Positions 7,013 through 7,527 of a DNA stretch of 7,527 nt are shown here, one piece after another. Made by a program: the position numbers and the translations under genes. Under the pieces are notes generated by a model. It did not search any database. It had not been told where the DNA came from and saw only the letters and a list, made by a program, of their open reading frames with translations. The DNA is taken from positions 1 to 7,527 of the forward strand of contig NW_002061060.1 of the NCBI RefSeq assembly GCF_000150275.1, given 5' to 3'. Each line of letters begins with the position of its first letter. Position 1 is the first letter of the stretch. The DNA is from Trichoplax adhaerens (lineage: Eukaryota > Animalia > Placozoa).

Positions 7013-7397
7013 GTCATTGATGACATGATAAAAAGTTTAAAAAAAATAGCTAGAGATCATTTACAATGGCATTAGTAGTAAGATAGACACGTAAAGGGTG
7101 CAATAGTTTATGTCAAAATGGTGACTGAGCGTGTAGAAAGAAGTCAACAGCGTGGTTCATTGTACAAGAGTACCATGCAATCAAGCGTGCCCAACACGTT
7201 GGTGCAAAATCGCATTGCTTCTGTTTGGAGCAACCTTCAAATGTTCATAGAACAAGAGTAGAAAGAATACTTAGAAAAGCAGTCTTGTCCTCTGTCCAAT
7301 GCATGTGTATCGATCATCTATTGGATTGACTTGTCCAAAAATGAGCGTGCTCTAGCGGTGCATAACTTCTTCACTCAATGCTAATTTCATATTATAG

Positions 7398-7527
7398 TAC
7401 AAGACGATATGGATGCATGCTGGCTTGCATCGATATACCTTCTCCACTATTTCACCTTGGCCGATCTTCAAGGAATGCGCAGGATGCAAGCATTTGCTAG
7501 TCATTTTGGGAATAGCTATCAATTTAA
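7398..7527 (+). CDS. Candidate second exon, (L)QDDMDACWLASIYLLHYFTLADLQGMRRMQAFASHFGNSYQF..., runs off the window
   Basis: CTAAT branch-like motif at 7381 plus attatag| acceptor at 7397. The phase-1 frame is open to the window end, but the phase-0 frame is also open, so this is not discriminating. Confidence 0.3.

Overview
AT-rich eukaryotic (animal-like) genomic DNA with GT-AG introns. No prokaryotic genes, RNA genes or true CRISPR/cas can be supported. The window appears to hold two divergently oriented genes whose first coding exons each encode a signal peptide and end at a phase-1 splice donor: minus strand 4200-4080 (MSSSKLQMISTECSLLVFLSILSVSMA-KPSS...) and plus strand 6814-6865 (MTWKYYLLIALLCLALT). 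The 2.6-kb region between them is dominated by a ~1.68-kb modular tandem array (4658-6336). It has 15 near-identical 70-bp cores separated by 0-90-bp hairpin-forming linkers built from CAGTA/TACTG 5-mers, higher-order repeat structure, and a distinct stem-loop found only in the first and last linker. The array is flanked on the right by CCAAT boxes and an exact ER-stress element (CCAAT-N9-CCACG, 6415-6433) and on the left by a UPRE-type TGACGTGA (4547-4554). The left part contains a degenerate hAT/MITE-like fragment (2190-2343), an 8 x 45-bp minisatellite (2410-2774) and three phase-compatible minus-strand exons (883/870-726, 526-450, 178-108) with one in-frame TGA. No protein can be named with confidence, and most listed ORFs are repeat- or chance-derived.
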